DNA of 64,000 nucleotides from an uncultured Oscillospiraceae bacterium (GTDB lineage Bacteria; Bacillota; Clostridia; Christensenellales; CAG-314): NCBI GenBank assembly GCA_964521735.1, contig CAZFTO010000001.1, positions 72,442 to 136,441 of the forward strand, read 5' to 3'. Shown piece by piece: positions 63,153 to 64,000 of this stretch (position 1 is its first letter; each line of letters starts with the position of its first letter). The notes under the pieces were generated by a model. It saw only the letters and a program-made list of their open reading frames with translations, ran no database searches and was not told where the DNA came from. The position numbers and the translations under genes were made by a program.

Positions 63153-64000
63153 ATGGAAAAGTTTACGTGTGCAAGACAGGCTTCCGGAAGATTTGTTGCT
63201 CTCTATGGCAAAAAAACCTTTCATCAACTCAAACGCTACGAAAGTTTGATAAGAAAATTCAAAAGAAAATACGGCGCGTCCTATTGCTACTTGGCAAGTT
63301 CGTCCGGCAGGGTGGAATTGGTAGGCAACCACACCGATCACAGCGGTGGCAAAGTTGTTGGTTGCACTGTCAATTTGGATATTATTGCTGCCTTTTTGCC
63401 CGATGATAGCGGCATGGTTACCGTGTGCAGCAATGGGTATAGGGATATAAAATTTGCTTTGGACGACGTTGACAACGTTGAAAGTGGCAGCATTGGCATG
63501 GTAAAAGGCGTGCTTGCCGGGCTTAAAAAGCGTGGAAAAAACATTGGCGGTTTTCGCGCCTTGCTTAACACCACGGTGCCCAGCGGAGCCGGCATATCTT
63601 CCAGCGCAGCATTTCAATTGCTTGTGGCAGTTATTCAAAACGCATTGTATAACGACGGCAGTTTGTCGCCACGCCTTATGGCGGAAGTGGGGCAATATGC
63701 CGAAAACGTCTATTTCCAAAAGCCGTGCGGATTGCTAGATCAAGGCGTTATTGCCGAAGGCGGCGTTGTAACAATCGATTTCAAAAACGGTTTTTCCGCC
63801 ACAAAGTTGGATGGCAATTTGGCGGGACTAAACTTGGTTGTTATCGACACCGGAAAAAGCCACGCATCCTTAACTGAACACTATGCGGCAATTCCTGCGG
63901 AGATGAAGGCCGTTGCCACACACTTTGGCAAAGATCGCCTTGCCGACGTGGACGAAAAGTTGTTTTTCGATAACTTGCGCCGCGTGGAACGGGAAGTGGG
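63153..64000 (+). CDS. galK: Galactokinase, 5' part (runs off the window)
   Basis: My own translation from ATG 63153 (not in the ORF track because there is no stop). MEKFTCARQASGRFVALYGK..., signature ELVGNHTDHSGG, GHMP kinase motif PSGAGISSSAA. The frame is open to the window end. Confidence 0.85.
   Translation, partial: MEKFTCARQASGRFVALYGKKTFHQLKRYESLIRKFKRKYGASYCYLASSSGRVELVGNHTDHSGGKVVGCTVNLDIIAAFLPDDSGMVTVCSNGYRDIKFALDDVDNVESGSIGMVKGVLAGLKKRGKNIGGFRALLNTTVPSGAGISSSAAFQLLVAVIQNALYNDGSLSPRLMAEVGQYAENVYFQKPCGLLDQGVIAEGGVVTIDFKNGFSATKLDGNLAGLNLVVIDTGKSHASLTEHYAAIPAEMKAVATHFGKDRLADVDEKLFFDNLRRVEREV

Noticed and set aside
63092-63719. Track ORFs 63092-63406(+) and 63117-63719(-)
   Set aside because: A different + frame starting at ATG 63153 encodes an unmistakable galactokinase N-terminal half (GNHTDH, PSGAGISSSAA) and stays open to the window end. 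That ORF is missing from the track only because it has no stop.

Overview
This is a 64-kb chromosomal segment that looks like a spore-forming anaerobic Firmicute (Clostridia-like). The clues are a sleB-ypeB germination pair, an rnfCDGEAB operon, AGGAGG-type RBSs with some GTG/TTG starts, and hairpin+T-run terminators. There are about 47 protein genes, mostly on the + strand, and one tRNA-Gln(CUG). Core genes: sleB, ypeB, galU, pepF, fba, gap, rnfCDGEAB, prmA, mtaB, a HIT protein, ylmH, mrp, a type III glutamine synthetase-like gene, typA, glmS, and a galK 5' part at the right edge. There is also an alpha-glucan/maltodextrin ABC uptake cluster with a GH13 lipoprotein and a separately promoted MsmX-like ATPase. 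The stand-out region is an accessory locus at about 18.7-35.2 kb. It carries two SipW-type (S26B) signal peptidases, at least four TasA/camelysin-like secreted paralogs, and a 1378-aa beta-helix protein. Four of these secreted proteins share an unusual signal-peptide junction, [A/S]|K-Y-[T/I/V]-T. Next to the locus lies a separately promoted M60-like/PA14/discoidin glycoprotease-type protein. The locus is preceded by a 1.2-kb non-coding leader with a consensus promoter, two poly-G tracts and a 32-nt alternating purine-pyrimidine tract. I interpret it as a candidate undescribed SipW-dependent extracellular fibre/adhesin system. Other oddities are a perfect 2.25-copy 214-bp tandem repeat that reiterates the 3' end of tRNA-Gln, an RnfG twice the normal length, an orphan Phd/YefM antitoxin, and an MsmX-like ATPase with a ~260-aa C-terminal extension. 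No rRNA, CRISPR array, transposase or integrase was seen. All calls rest on reading the sequence and the supplied translations, so family assignments are from motif recognition, not searches.
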